DNA of 64,000 bases from an uncultured cyanobacterium (GTDB lineage Bacteria; Cyanobacteriota; Cyanobacteriia; CAKZMO01): NCBI GenBank assembly GCA_963719515.1, contig CAVRCJ010000001.1, forward strand, positions 192,001 to 256,000. Direction: 5' to 3'. The position numbers and the translations under genes were made by a program. Shown one piece after another: positions 52,509-63,937 of this stretch (position 1 is the first letter of the stretch; each line of letters starts with the position of its first letter). A model generated the notes under the pieces. It saw only the letters and a program-made list of their open reading frames with translations. It was not told the origin of the DNA and did not search any database.

Positions 52509-53815
52509 CTGAGTGACTGACAAAAGATGATGCGGCAGAGGCTGAAACGATGAGCCGGTGGGGATTGAGGGATAGCTAAGTGGAGTCGAGCGTTCGAAGA
52601 TTTAGATTCCACTGAAAACCGTTAGAACCTGTGAAAAAACTCCGCCTCTACAATGCCTTGAGCCAGTGGCTACGTCAAGCCTGCCCGTGGAGCACAAAAC
52701 ACATCTGGTAGGCTGCCTGTGGATGGTGGTGGCATTATTCAAAGCGGCGAGGCGAACTTGACCCGCTGGCTGTCCTACCTGCCGTGCCGAGGAAAGTATG
52801 CCCGAAGTAAGCAACGGCGGCTATCGAGATGGCTGAACAATAGGCGCATCAAAGTGCACAAGCTCTACATGCCACTGATTCGCGCTGCTCTAGCGGACTG
52901 GGAGGAAAGCTGTCTATATCTGAGCCTTGATACCGCGCTGTTCTGGGACGAATACTGCTTGGTGCGTGTCGCTGTCGTCTACCGCGGGCGGGCACTGCCC
53001 TTAGCTTGGCGAGTGCTGCATCATAAGAGCGCATCGGTGTCGTTCGACGCCTACCGAGGGATGCTACATCAGGCCGCTGCTGTCTGCCGAGCGGTAAAGG
53101 TGATTTTTCTTGCAGACCGAGGCTTTGTGCAAAGCGAGCTGATGCGCGCCTCGCTCGCGCCACTGGCGATGGCACTACCGCATTCGGCTCGAAGAAGGAC
53201 ACCTGGGTATGGCGAAATGGCAAGGGCTGGCGGCAGCTCAAGGACTTCCACTCGCTCGGGGTGAGGCTTTCTGCTTCCACAACGTCCGCTTACACAAACA
53301 GCAGCGCTATGGCCCAGTCCACATTGCCTTTGGCTGCAACAGCGTCAACGGTGAGTTTTGGGCTATCATCAGCGATGAACCTACCACCCTGCAAACCTTT
53401 CGTGAGTACGGTCTGCGCTTCGATATCGAGGAATCCTTCTTGGACGACGAATCCAACGGCTGGAATGTCCAAAAGTCCCACATTCGCTCTGCCCAGGCCT
53501 TCGAGACCATGGTTCATCCTAGCGCTAGCAACGCTTTACGCGACTGCCCAAGGCACTGAAGTGGTCAGTGCAGGAAAGCGTCGCTGGATTGACCTCATCG
53601 GTCCCGAGGCAACAGCTACTTCGCATCGGCTGTGAGTGGGTCAAAGCAGCTCTCGAAGACGGTTGGCGACTGATTCGCTCTGTCATCTTCTCTTCCGGTT
53701 ACGACCCTGACCCCGTCATGCCATCGCGAAAGCAGCACCGCATACGAGCCGAGCGCCTTGAGTTTAAGGTACAAACGTACCGCTATCCCCCGACTAACTT
53801 TTGTCAGTCACTCAG
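52509..53815 (+). mobile_element. IS4-family insertion sequence (1307 bp), transposase frameshifted
   Basis: Perfect 18-bp TIR CTGAGTGACTGACAAAAG; 10-bp TSD GGCTTGAGAT (52499-52508, 53816-53825); DDE motifs LSLDT, LADRGF, YGLRFDIEESF. Confidence 0.92.
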
Positions 53816-53828
53816 GGCTTGAGATATA

Positions 53829-53944
53829 GCATAACGGCTCAAATCAGCGGCGGCGATCTAACTTAAACCTAACACCAGAAGTGGTGAGCCACAAATAAAC
53901 GGTGTGGAGGTTCGCCCCGCCGGGGGGCGAACCTCCTGTTAGCG
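53829..53944 (-). other. Partial/hybrid attC-like site
   Basis: Minus-strand 3' half GCCGCCGCTGATTTGAGCCGTTATGC is attC-like; 5' half is GCTAAC plus a 13-bp perfect hairpin. Confidence 0.5.
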
Positions 53945-54189
53945 TCGTTCAGTTATGGCCTTCTACTTAATGAGCATGTTGGGTTAGAGCGCAAGCGGAA
54001 TCGTACGAATTGAAGCCAATGAGCCTCTTCTAAATATCTATTGTATTGGTTTAGTTGCTTAAGACAGACCGGTTGGCTCAAAGCCTCACGTTGTGTAGGC
54101 AACTGAACGCGCAGATGGCTTTGGAGTTGATCTGTAGGACATAAACGTATAACCATAGGTGTCGTTAAATTGTTCAACAGTGTAATTTT

Positions 54190-54853
54190 CTCCTCTGTTT
54201 CACGAATTATGGCTTCAGTGATTGGGGCGACTTCGTGCTGCTGTATCGCTTGTGGAGCGGTTCATAAGATTGATTGATGAGGGCGACTGGCAGCGGGTGG
54301 GAGAAAGCACGCTAAAGCGAGACCGATGGCCGGGTCTATTCTCCATCTCGCCGCCGATCGTTGAGTAGGCGTTTTGCCGACAGGCGATCACAGGCTCGGC
54401 GCATCATCAGAAACGAGCCGAGCTCTGAGATGACGGCAATGCCGCTGTTGGCAAGCAGCGATCGCCAGCATTCGAGCGCGGCTCAAAGCCCAGATTGTAG
54501 ATGGCCTCTCCGACCAAAGCAGGTTGATTGACCCCGCCGGCCAATTGAGTTCGCCCATGTCTTCGGAGATGGGAAGAATCACGGCGCCAGGCTACGGGTT
54601 GGGCTGGGTTTTGAGTTCATCGATAAAAACCGGCGAGGTATCCGACCGCCCTACGGGGGCTGATAACGCTGGGCCAGCAGCAGGGCACAGCGCCACTGCC
54701 TGACCCCAGGTCAGCGATCGTGGGCGGGCGGCAGCGTCGTAAGGCCATCTAAAATGCGGCGCGAGAAGGTGGAATTGCTGGGCCTTGGTAAGGGAGATCG
54801 TGGCGCAAGTCAACGGAAGTGGTAACGTATTGGGTCTGGTTGTCCGTGCTCAC
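54190..54853 (-). pseudogene. Class I SAM-dependent methyltransferase (frameshifted)
   Basis: IADLGSGSG, DTSPVFIDEL, DMGELNWPAGSINLLWSE, AIYNLGF, IAVISEL. Confidence 0.65.
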
Positions 54854-54899
54854 GCCAATTGTTGCGATCGCCAATAGCAAGCGGCTTTGGTGTATAAAC

Positions 54900-56140
54900 G
54901 CCCCCGACTCACCTCCAGATAGAACAGACCTCAACGTCGATCCTCCGCCGCAACCAGCGGCTCGACCGAACCGTCACGAAACAGCGACGTGGGGGTCCGA
55001 AGACCCCCAGCGTTATTCGCCTCAGCAAATCCTCCGCCAAGCACAGTCCGCCCGCCCCAACATTTTCGCGGTAGACCGATAGCCCTGGTCGCGATCGCTG
55101 ATGACCTTGACCTCAATCGTGTTCTGTTGGCTGTTACGCCCCAGAAGCGCAGGTCACCAACCCCTCGGCCTGGCGGTTTGGCGAGGCCCCTCCCTGACTT
55201 TGGGATCAGCGTATCGCCGAGGAACCAGCGGGCGGCGCGAAAGCGATGGCTGCCGCCAGGCACCAGCTCAACGGTGGAGGCCTGGGGGCCAGCCAGCCGC
55301 CGACGTTAGGCCGGGTCAAGATGCCTCTTCGTATTGGAAGCCTTCGCCGTAGGGGTATCGAGCAGGGCATTGGAGTGCAGCACGATGCGGGTACGATGGC
55401 GTGATCACAAATGGTGATATCGACGCCGAAAGTCCGGGTCATACTGCACAGGGACGAGGGCGGGGGGATGGGCCGAGTGGGCGGATTCGAAGATAGCTCT
55501 GGCCTGCTTCTGGGCATAAAGAAGAGGGACGATCCAGCTTGGCGAGGTCAAGAGCCCAGCGCTGCCCTCGAACGACATCTATGCTGCTGGCGACGGTGCC
55601 CTCGAGACGCTGCCCTGGGTCGATTCGCACCGTATTTTGACGCCATTGCAGGGTTCACCCAACTGCTGCTGCGCGCGCTGGAGGAGCGGGACCTCGAGAT
55701 CAGACGGAAGGGTCAAACCGCAGCAGTGAACGATATCAGTCCGGAGCCCTGGGTGATGCTGCTATGATCGCACAATCATCTGGCGGACCCACGGGCTTCC
55801 CTGGGGAGATCGCAGCAGTCGGTGCTCGTTCGGGCGGAAGCTTCATCAGGGTCTCCCCGTAAGGGCGCAGGCCGAACGCGGAAAGAACGACCCGCGTTCG
55901 GCGTACAGCTTTCCCAAGCCCGCCTCATCGGCGGCATCGCCGTCAGACAGGGTACGTCTGCCGACCTGAGTTCGGTAGCGAGGGCCTTTAGCTTACCTCA
56001 GAATGTACCGGTGATGGCCTATTTAACCGAGCCGCTTGTCCCGATTGTTCGCCAAGGACCCGGCAGAGGATATGCCCAGAAATCCCGTTGCGCCAAAAAT
56101 GATGAAGTCTCGCTCGGAGGTGATTGCCGATTAAATATCC
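54900..56140 (-). pseudogene. Saccharopine dehydrogenase-like / trans-acting enoyl reductase family oxidoreductase (frameshifted)
   Basis: DFIIFGATGF, PYGETL, PWVRQMI, IVHCCGFD..PSDL, VKVISDRD.GY.STAKMLG. Confidence 0.65.
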
Positions 56141-56229
56141 TCTGTTCTCTGCGGTGATCTTTAATCTGTCGTAATCGAGAAAACTATTCCACTGGGAAGG
56201 GTGGGCAAAGATCTGTTCAGCACTTGGAA

Positions 56230-56385
56230 GCCCCCACTCCCAGCCTCTTCCCCGAATGCTGAGGGAAGGGAACGAGCTCCCCTCTCCCTTTCTGAGCGTG
56301 GCTGGAGGCCGTAGTGGGAGAGGGGGCCGGGGGAGAGGGCGAGGATTGCGCCAACCACATACGTGGGCAGTGCCCACCCCTACAC
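56230..56385. repeat. Dispersed CCCCTCTCCC/GGGAGAGGGG repeat plus GTAG-type REP
   Basis: Same family as 41512-41551; minus-strand GTAGGGGTGGGCACTGCCCAC at 56363-56384. Confidence 0.65.
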
Positions 56386-56438
56386 CTTATTCTGCCAGCC
56401 TAGAATCTTCTCACAATCCCATCCCACCTTTTCTGGCC

Positions 56439-57206
56439 ATGACTCGAACTCAAAGCCGCACAGTTCAACTGCAACGGAAGCTGCGGGCGGCTTTGGGCAG
56501 ATTCTGACCCGGCAACTGTTGCGAAGGCAGTCAAAACGGGTTTCGCAGATCATCCGTCTGCAATCTCGTCATCTGAGCTCAAAACCCTCCAGGTAGGGGG
56601 CCAGCGCGGGTAAGGTAATCGCTGTTCAGACATTGATTTGGCAGATGCTGACGGATGCGAAGCCCCTGGATGCTGCTGTGCAGCAGCTCAAAATTGCGCT
56701 CGATGTTTCCATCAACAACGCTGGCATGGCCTCATAGGTCCGACGGACGAACTGCCTGCTGACCGGTGGGAAATGATGCTGCAGGTCATGATGATCTCTA
56801 TGCGCCTGAAGGAGCCGCTTTGCTGCCGACAGCATGTAGAGTTTAGGGCATATCGTTGATCTTCTTGGCGGTATGGATTGCAGCGCCTGGGCTGAGCGCT
56901 TATGCTCAGAGCAATACGGCTGCGAGGCTTCAGCGAGGGCTGCGCCACTAGCTTGCCCCCTACAAGGTGCGGGTCACTCCACTGTCTATCCTTCTCCTTC
57001 AGCTGGACGCCGCCGCTGGACAGTCCTCGCGTTTGGGCAGACTTGCTAAATCCGACGTCACGCGGCCCCGGGGGCGCTGACGACGCACCCACTGGATTAT
57101 GGCTGCTATGGTTCGAGCGGGTCGAGTGCAATCAGAATGAGGTGTTTCTAGATAAATTTGCCTTAGTCGGCCATTGGGTGAAGTCGTCATTCTCCTGTTG
57201 TCTCTA
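56439..57206 (+). pseudogene. Short-chain dehydrogenase/reductase (frameshifted)
   Basis: GGFG near the start, INNAGM, IGPTDELPADRWEMMLQV, LRGFSE. Confidence 0.55.
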
Positions 57207-57209
57207 GGC

Positions 57210-58143
57210 TTATCAGGGCGGGTCGTTCCTTTGAGCCAAGCCTGATCATGGTGTCAGACTGGTCCACCCACCGGTGTTGCCAGGCTTCCTCGACTATTCC
57301 CGAGACTCTTCAAGCGAAATATCATAGCGATCGCTCAGCAGCTTGGGAATGCGATCGCAGTCGCGATTGGGATTCAGGGGTGGCTGCTGGGCGTAGGCCG
57401 GTAGGGCAATGTGACACAGAAAAGGCGAGGGTTTGGCCTCGAGCTGAAAGGGTTCGAGGTTTAAGGCTGCTGTGAGTTGAGGAAAAACAGCAGGGCCTCG
57501 CTGAGATTGGCGTCGCTGAGGTTGGCGTTGGTGAGCAGGGCGCAGTTGAGGTCGGCGTCGCTGAGGTTGGCATGGCTAAAGTCAGTATCGCTGAGGTTGG
57601 CGTATCTGAGGTCGGCCCCGCTGAGGTTGGCGTATCTCAGCGTCGCCCCGCTAAATCAGCTCCGTTGAGGTTAGCGCCAATTAGGTTGACGCCGTTGAGG
57701 TCGGCCGCCTAGGTTAGCGCCGATCAGGGCAGTTCCATTGAGGGTGGCGCTGCTCAGGGCGGCCCGCTAAGGTCGGCATTGATCAAGGTGGCGCCGCTGA
57801 AGTTAGCCCCGTTGAGGTTGACCCCGCTGAAGTCGCTGCCGCCTGATCAGCGCCGCAGAAGTGGCGGTGAGGCTGAGGTCTGGGGTGTCTGCTTTGGCAG
57901 TGCGAAGCTTAAGCAACAGAAGGGCGACACCGGCAACCGCCGCAATCATCCCCAGATCACCGAGCAGGCTAGCACGGTGAAGTTGAACCAGAGCTTCGCG
58001 GGGAGACTGGTGACCATCCGGCTGCAGTCTGCGCTCAGGAGCCCCCCCCACATCATCCACAGCAGCGCTGGAGCGGCGATCGCGTTAATCACCCATCGCT
58101 TTCTGGGCCTGACGGGTTGCCGCTGCTTAGATTGCTCCTGCAT
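57210..58143 (-). pseudogene. Membrane-anchored pentapeptide-repeat protein (frameshifted)
   Basis: Hydrophobic N-terminus; runs of GCCAACCTCAGC/GCCGACCTC (ANLS/ADL) at 57490-57840. Confidence 0.7.
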
Positions 58144-58205
58144 TTTGAGCCTCCCTCGATGCTGAGCCCATTGTTACGCGCCTAGATCTGGGAAGGCTCC
58201 AATCT

Positions 58206-58905
58206 TTATGCGGGCTTAAGTACTTCGTCGCGATAGCGCTGCACGACTTCAACAGCCTGCTTAACGCCATCCTCGGCCCGAACTGCCGCCCCGATCGCCT
58301 TGGCTTGCTGTTGCATTTTGGCATCCGAAACCGCCACTGCGATCGCTGTTGCCAATCGGTCTGCGGTGAGCTGAGACTTGGGAACGGGCGCCGGACTGGT
58401 GCCCAGTCGATGCACCCGGTCGCCCCAAAACGGCTGGTCTCCAAAGAATGGAACGACGACCGACGGAACGCCCGCTTTGAGGGCTGCGGCGGTGGTTCCC
58501 GCACCGCCGTGGTGGACGATCGCCGCCATTTGGGGGAATAGCCAATCGTGGGGGGCGGAATCGAGCAAAAACACCTGGTCGGGCAAATCCGTCTGAGAGA
58601 TCCCACCCCAGCCTGTGAGTAAAACGCCCCGCTGCCCTGTCAGCTTGAGCGCTTCTAAAACCACCTGGGTGAACTGGGCTGGGTTCTCGCCGCTCATGCT
58701 GCCAAAGCCGACGTAGACCGGCGGGGATGGCCTGGACATCGCCAGCGATCGCGGTAAACTCCAGGCCATAGCGCTGCACCATCGCCTGAAAGGTATCGTG
58801 GGTCGCGAGTTTGACCTGGTGTCCAGCCTGCTGCAGGCCCAGGCCTAGGGCGATAAAAGGCTGAACATCTCCCCGCGATCCAGTGGTCAAGATGGTGATC
58901 TTCAT
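58206..58905 (-). pseudogene. GT1 (sterol glucosyltransferase-like) glycosyltransferase with internal deletion
   Basis: MKITILTTGSRGDVQPF joined out of frame at ~58727 to PPVYVGFGSM...HHGGAGTT...PFFGDQPFW. Confidence 0.85.
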
Positions 58906-59569
58906 AGGGCAAGCTGTCATCACGCTGAAACCTTAAAGCGGGTAGCGCTGCCCACTAACCCACCGCACGTCCTCTATAAGCGTTATTACTGCTCTCGCAT
59001 TCGCCGAAGTGCAATAGTAATCGTCCTGATGGTATGTGAGGATACTCTTCTATGGAAAGAGCAAGCAGCAGTTATGCCCATGGTACAACCAGATCATTTG
59101 GAGGCCATACTGTGGTGCAACTCATCAAGCGGGTGATTTCGGTTGGAGCAGCGGCAGTAATTGGCGCGTTGGGTATGGCCTGCTCGGGCGAGCGCAAGCT
59201 GGAGGCCTGCCGATTTATTGAAATTGAACCCGCCGAAAGGAATTCGATCCGCGAAACTATAACGGAGCGGGCAATTCGCGAGGGCTGGGAACTGGAGGCG
59301 CTTTGCGAGATTCGCTGATTGATTTTAAGGGAAGCTGGCTTTTGAATCAGCTAGGGGTAGATATCAAAAGCGCGTATGACGAAGCTGATCCCAAGTAGGG
59401 CGCTGCGACACTCGCCCGAAATGGGCTATCTATTAAATCGATGAGGCTTCGGGCAGGCGTAATCCGAAAATTCGGCGACCTCACGCACTGTAGACGATGA
59501 ATTTCGGCTAAGAAGGGAAACACCTGGAATTTTGATGATTGGCGGTATCAGGGTGCAGACTGCAGCTGC

Positions 59570-60874
59570 CTTAGAGGTGCAGAAATCTCGAAGGAGGCTT
59601 AAGCGGCTCATCGTGAGAAGCCGACCACCCTGAGAACTCGATTGGCAGTCTAAAGCGGCTCGCTTGCGCCTCGAGGCACAGGCTTTAGGTGGACTTTGGG
59701 GCGGCGGGCGATCAGCGTTGGCAGTCACACTCGCCTGTAGCAGCACCGTCCTATATTTCTCGACCAAGCTGCAGAAAACTCAGTCCCCTATCGCCATGCC
59801 AGTCGAGCTTTGAGCGTTGACCGCTGTGAACAAGGATCATGCCAACGATCAGCGCGATCAGATAGGCCGTGTCCAACAGCATGAATAGACACGTCAGGGC
59901 TTGAGCATCCCTCAGACCGGAAGCGACAACATTGAAGGCCGCCGACTTGTAGTCTTTGAAGTACGGCTCTATGCCGCCAAAGCGCTTGCCGTAGAGCGCG
60001 AAGGTTTGCAGGGAGGGGGGCGTGCTGATAGACCGCCCGGGCTCGCTGGCGTTGGGAAGGTGGCCTGTGACGAGGTGCGCCTCAATGTCCTCTAAGACAG
60101 TGACATTGTGTAATAGATAAGCTTGCTGCTCTGGGGGGATCGATATTGCACCGAACGAGTCGCTCCGGTGGCGAGGCGGACCTGCATGTCACACTTGACC
60201 CCAACCGCCCACTGCCACTGGCGCTCCTCGGCCGGACCAGCAGTTCTCTGTGGGCAAAGCTCGGTCAGCCGACAGCGTCACCCCGCAACCGGAGGGCACC
60301 AGCGCTTTGGCTGCCTCGAGAACGGGTTTGTCGTCCTTGAAGGCGACACTAGCACTCTTGTGCTCTAGCACCACCTGAGCCAAGGCAAACGAGCGCCCAC
60401 CCCACACCAGACAGACTTCCACCAAACAGAACTGCTCCCACAGCATGCTGGTGTCTAAAGTTAGGGTAATCTCGCTGCCGTCAAATGCTTGCAGAGCATG
60501 GCGTAGGAGCGGTACGTAGAAGCGCTCAGCGCTGATGTGCTGGTTGTGAACCAAGTAGCTTAGGCGCTCCATGTGTGCTCTAGCCTCGCAGTTTCGATGG
60601 CTCAGGTAGGTGACCCATTTCCCCAGACAGGCGCTTTGAGATTGCAGGATAGCAGCGACTGCTTCTGCAACGCCTTGCAGGTGACGCTCGTCTTTTGGGT
60701 TGACCCATTGACGTAGTTGGTCCATCAGCTGACGATAAAGCAGGGGTGTTTCCATTGATTTAGCTTTGAGTTGGGGAACTTAAGCTTCTCATGGAACACC
60801 CCTACCGTTAACCCCTGTCCTAGGCTGAGACTTTATGTATACCAATACTTTCAGGACTTCCCTGCACCACTAAG
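59570..60874 (-). mobile_element. Second IS4-family insertion sequence (1305 bp), transposase frameshifted
   Basis: 13-bp TIR CTTAG(A/T)GGTGCAG; 10-bp TSD CTGCAGCTGC (59560-59569, 60875-60884); LTLDTSMLW, RFGGIEPYFKDYKS. Confidence 0.9.
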
Positions 60875-60899
60875 CTGCAGCTGCGAAGGGCGTCGAACC

Positions 60900-61706
60900 T
60901 CGCCCGCGGATGGATCGCTGGCTAATGAAGGACACCCGCTCAAGCGGCGTTAAGATACTCCGGATAGGCGTTTCAAGAACCGGATGACGGCAGCGGGCAA
61001 CCTCCATCACTCGATTTCCAGCCTTGCTCAAGGGGGAACCGGTAGCGGCATTAGACGGGAGGCTCCGCTGTGCCCACGGCGGCGGCACTGTGGGCGTGAT
61101 TCCGGCGTTTCTCGACCATTGGACCAGCTGGAATCAGGACGCTGAGTTTTCGGTGATTGCGGTTTGCCCTCTCGCTGCTGAGCCGGGCTACTCGGGCGCA
61201 GGGTGAAGTGGAGCTGGTTCCTCAGGTTTCGGTTGAGGATTTGGTCGTTGAGCAGCTGGCCTGGCGCTCGGGCGAAAATCCAGACGGGCTGTCTGTCTGG
61301 TCGGCTGTATGGCGAGCCGTTAGGGATAGCGATCGCGGCTCGTTTGGCGGGGAATTACGGGGGTCGTGGCCGAAGGTTAAGGCCAGTGGGTTATCGCGAT
61401 CGCAGCTGGCGCGGGTCGTTGATTATATGCAGGCGAATTTGGCGCGGGATTTATCGGTTTTCGATTTGGCGGCTTTGACAGGGATGAGTGAGTCTCCTTT
61501 GCTCGCTCTTTCAAGCGATTGGCGGGGGTGTCGCCCTATCGATATTTGTTGCGGCTGCGGGAGGACGGGCGAAGGTGCTGTTGGCGGGGCGATCGGTTTC
61601 GATTAGCGCTGTTGCTCTGGATTGTGGGTTTGCGAATCAGACGCGTTTGACAAAGGTTTTTCGGCGGGTGATGGGGGTGACGCCTGGAGTTTATCGAAGG
61701 CGGTGA
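60900..61706 (+). pseudogene. AraC-family transcriptional regulator (frameshifted)
   Basis: GLSRSQLARVVDYMQANLARDLS, ISAVALDCGFANQTRLTKVFRRVMGVTPGVYR. Confidence 0.8.
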
Positions 61707-61736
61707 TTTAGAGGATGTCAAATCTGCGCACTGTAG

Positions 61737-61821
61737 AGGTAACAGTCACGCTCACCGGGCGCAGACAACCTTTGCGGCACGACCGAAGTTTTGGGTCGTT
61801 CCGGTGACGCGGTTGTTAGAC
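61737..61821 (-). other. attC-like integron recombination site
   Basis: Minus strand GTCTAAC-AACCGCGTCACCGG...CCGGTGAGCGTGACT-GTTACCT; 85 bp. Confidence 0.7.
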
Positions 61822-61849
61822 TCTTGGTGGGTTGCAGGTAATTAGCTGG

Positions 61850-62880
61850 TAATCAACGATTCATGGTTTTCCCAGTTTTACCTCTAGTTTCTGTGCGAGC
61901 TCTGCTGCATCTGTAGCTTTTAGCTTTCCAATATCGAAATATTGCTTACTGCCGAACATCCTCCTGAACTTGCTTGACAAGATTAGTGGGATGCATATCA
62001 TCCAATATAAATACCCTTACTGGATACCAAGATTCTCCAATTTCTTGGCGACATTTTATCGCAATCTGAATCATATCTTTTTCTAATCGGCTGACATTCG
62101 CTCCACAACAGACTCGCTTCATCTTCGTCTTCAGATTCCGAATCTACGACTGCTCGATTCGCGATACTTGTTCGACACATTTGTTGCGATATGCCCCAAA
62201 GTACAACTACGACGATGATTATAGGCTCCAGTTTGTGCTGGACAAGTGTATATCTTTGTGTTCAGTACATATCAAACTTCCCTGTGCAGTTTACGACATC
62301 CAAGCGATACCTCCAAGACGGCAGCAAGCTATTTTCATCAAATATTGCGCCCAAATCTGAACTGCATCAATCAGATTTTTCGGCAGATAAGGCAACTGAA
62401 TTGCTTGAAGAAATTGTTCAAAACTAACAAATGTAAAAGCAATACCCCTTCTTTAGCCTTGATTTCAACGTCCCGTAAAACCGGGTAGTTTGCTCGATGT
62501 TGCTGCTCAAAGTTGCCTAAAGCTATAAGTATTCTCTCTCCTTGCCTTGCTTCCGATATCTGTCGATGGGCTGGAAGACGTTCTTCCCCGAATCGCTGCC
62601 AAGCTTTGTCTCGATCAAAGTGAGAACGATCTTGAAAATTTCACCATCTGGCACGCTGTCTTTCCCACGGCGCTGTTGAATGAACTTTACACCTACCGTT
62701 CCTGAAAAGCTTTCACCGATAGTAATCCTCGTGCTCCGAGAGAAATTTCGGATTCTCTTGGTTCAGCATCTTAGAATTAAAAGACAGTGATTTGTTGTTT
62801 GATTTTCTCTCTGCCAGTAAGTTCGGAACAGACGTATGCTTCGACCCCGTCGTTTGTCGTTGTTAAGTTGACTAGAATGT
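61850..62880 (-). CDS. Cassette gene: putative PD-(D/E)XK nuclease-fold protein (frameshifted)
   Basis: Fragments RENQTTN, ENPKFLSE, VGVKFIQQRRGKDSVPDGEI, IETK, TGAYNHRRS, YFGAYRNKCVE; low GC. Confidence 0.5.
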
Positions 62881-62941
62881 CGATTCTACTTTCAAGCTCC
62901 TAGCTGATTTCTTAAATTGTACGCAGTCGTTGATTTAAGAG

Positions 62942-63024
62942 GGCTAACGTTCGGGTCACGGTTATCAGGATCTTTACGTCTTATCAAGCGGGTATGGTAA
63001 TCTACTGCACCCGAATTGTTATGC
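62942..63024 (-). other. attC-like integron recombination site
   Basis: Minus strand GCATAAC-AATTCGGGTGCAG...GTGACCCGAAC-GTTAGCC; 83 bp. Confidence 0.75.
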
Positions 63025-63040
63025 GGCGTCGTTGACAAAG

Positions 63041-63158
63041 TGCGGGGTAGGGGAATCGAACCCCTCAGCGTTGCTCTTGGATGAGGCACTCTTCCGAACC
63101 TACACCGCTCCCAGTACATCTGGGTAGTCATCACGACCTCCGCAGCACCGCTCCCCGC
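63041..63158 (-). ncRNA. tRNA-like structured element
   Basis: GCGGGG/CCCCGC acceptor-like stem plus perfect T-arm AGGGG-TTCGATT-CCCCT. Confidence 0.5.
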
Positions 63159-63191
63159 ATGAACCGACCGACGTATAGACAACAGGTGCAA

Positions 63192-63780
63192 TCATAAGCC
63201 CCTCCTTAATGTTGGTGAACAACGGAACCATTCGTGCACTGTTGAGCAGCCCTTAAGTACTCCAGAAGTACCCGTATCACCAAGATTTTGGGAAGGCTTG
63301 AGTACCAACCACCCCCATGATGTTGTAATTCTAGCTTTCCAACTGGACTCGACACAACTGTTGTAGATGTATTTAAATGCTTTATTTCTTCTTGCAATTC
63401 TCTCAAACCACCTCTCAGCGGTCAGTGCTCCCGCCCCACTGATGCGGTGCTGTCGACAAGGGTTCCCACATCCCGTTGTCCGGGTTTGCGTACCATTCGT
63501 TGAGAATGAGAATTGCTCCGAACGATAAACCCAACCCAACTCCAGCAGCAAGTCTCGAGCAAAGGAAAGCGACCCACTGTGGGATCTCGTTTTTGTCCTC
63601 AGAGACCTTCTCCAGAAATACTGCTGCTCTCGAGAAAGTTGCCCAAATTCCCCCGAAAATAGTTAAATGTTCACTCTGAGTAAGGATACCTCCAGACGGA
63701 AAGCGAAGCGTGATGATGATGAAGGGAATGAAGATGATGAGCCCCTCGACAGCATACAGAATTTCTTTGGGTTGTCTCAT
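63192..63780 (-). CDS. Cassette gene: hypothetical membrane protein (frameshifted)
   Basis: Three hydrophobic segments in 63415-63780 continuing in overlapping frames to ~63200; low GC. Confidence 0.5.
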
Positions 63781-63937
63781 CTTCCTCCTCGTGCCTCCTC
63801 CATAAATTTTCTATTCATTTTTGTAGGATCTCTTGATGAGAAACTCTGAAATATCAGCGTCCCAATGACCTGAGTTAACATAACGCTATATGCAAAAATA
63901 ATAACCACTTAGCTATTATCTCAACTGGAAGAAAGCG

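Noticed and set aside
59052..59400. Possible small lipoprotein (LGMAC lipobox-like)
   Set aside because: Frames are broken and no family recognised; too weak to list.
61711..61721. GAGGATGTCAA identical to the tnpB right-end tip
   Set aside because: Only 11 bp with no preceding hairpin; chance match cannot be excluded.
63878..63890. Second ACATAAC core 60 bp from the candidate attI
   Set aside because: No attC palindrome attached; could be an attI-associated repeat or chance, cannot be resolved.
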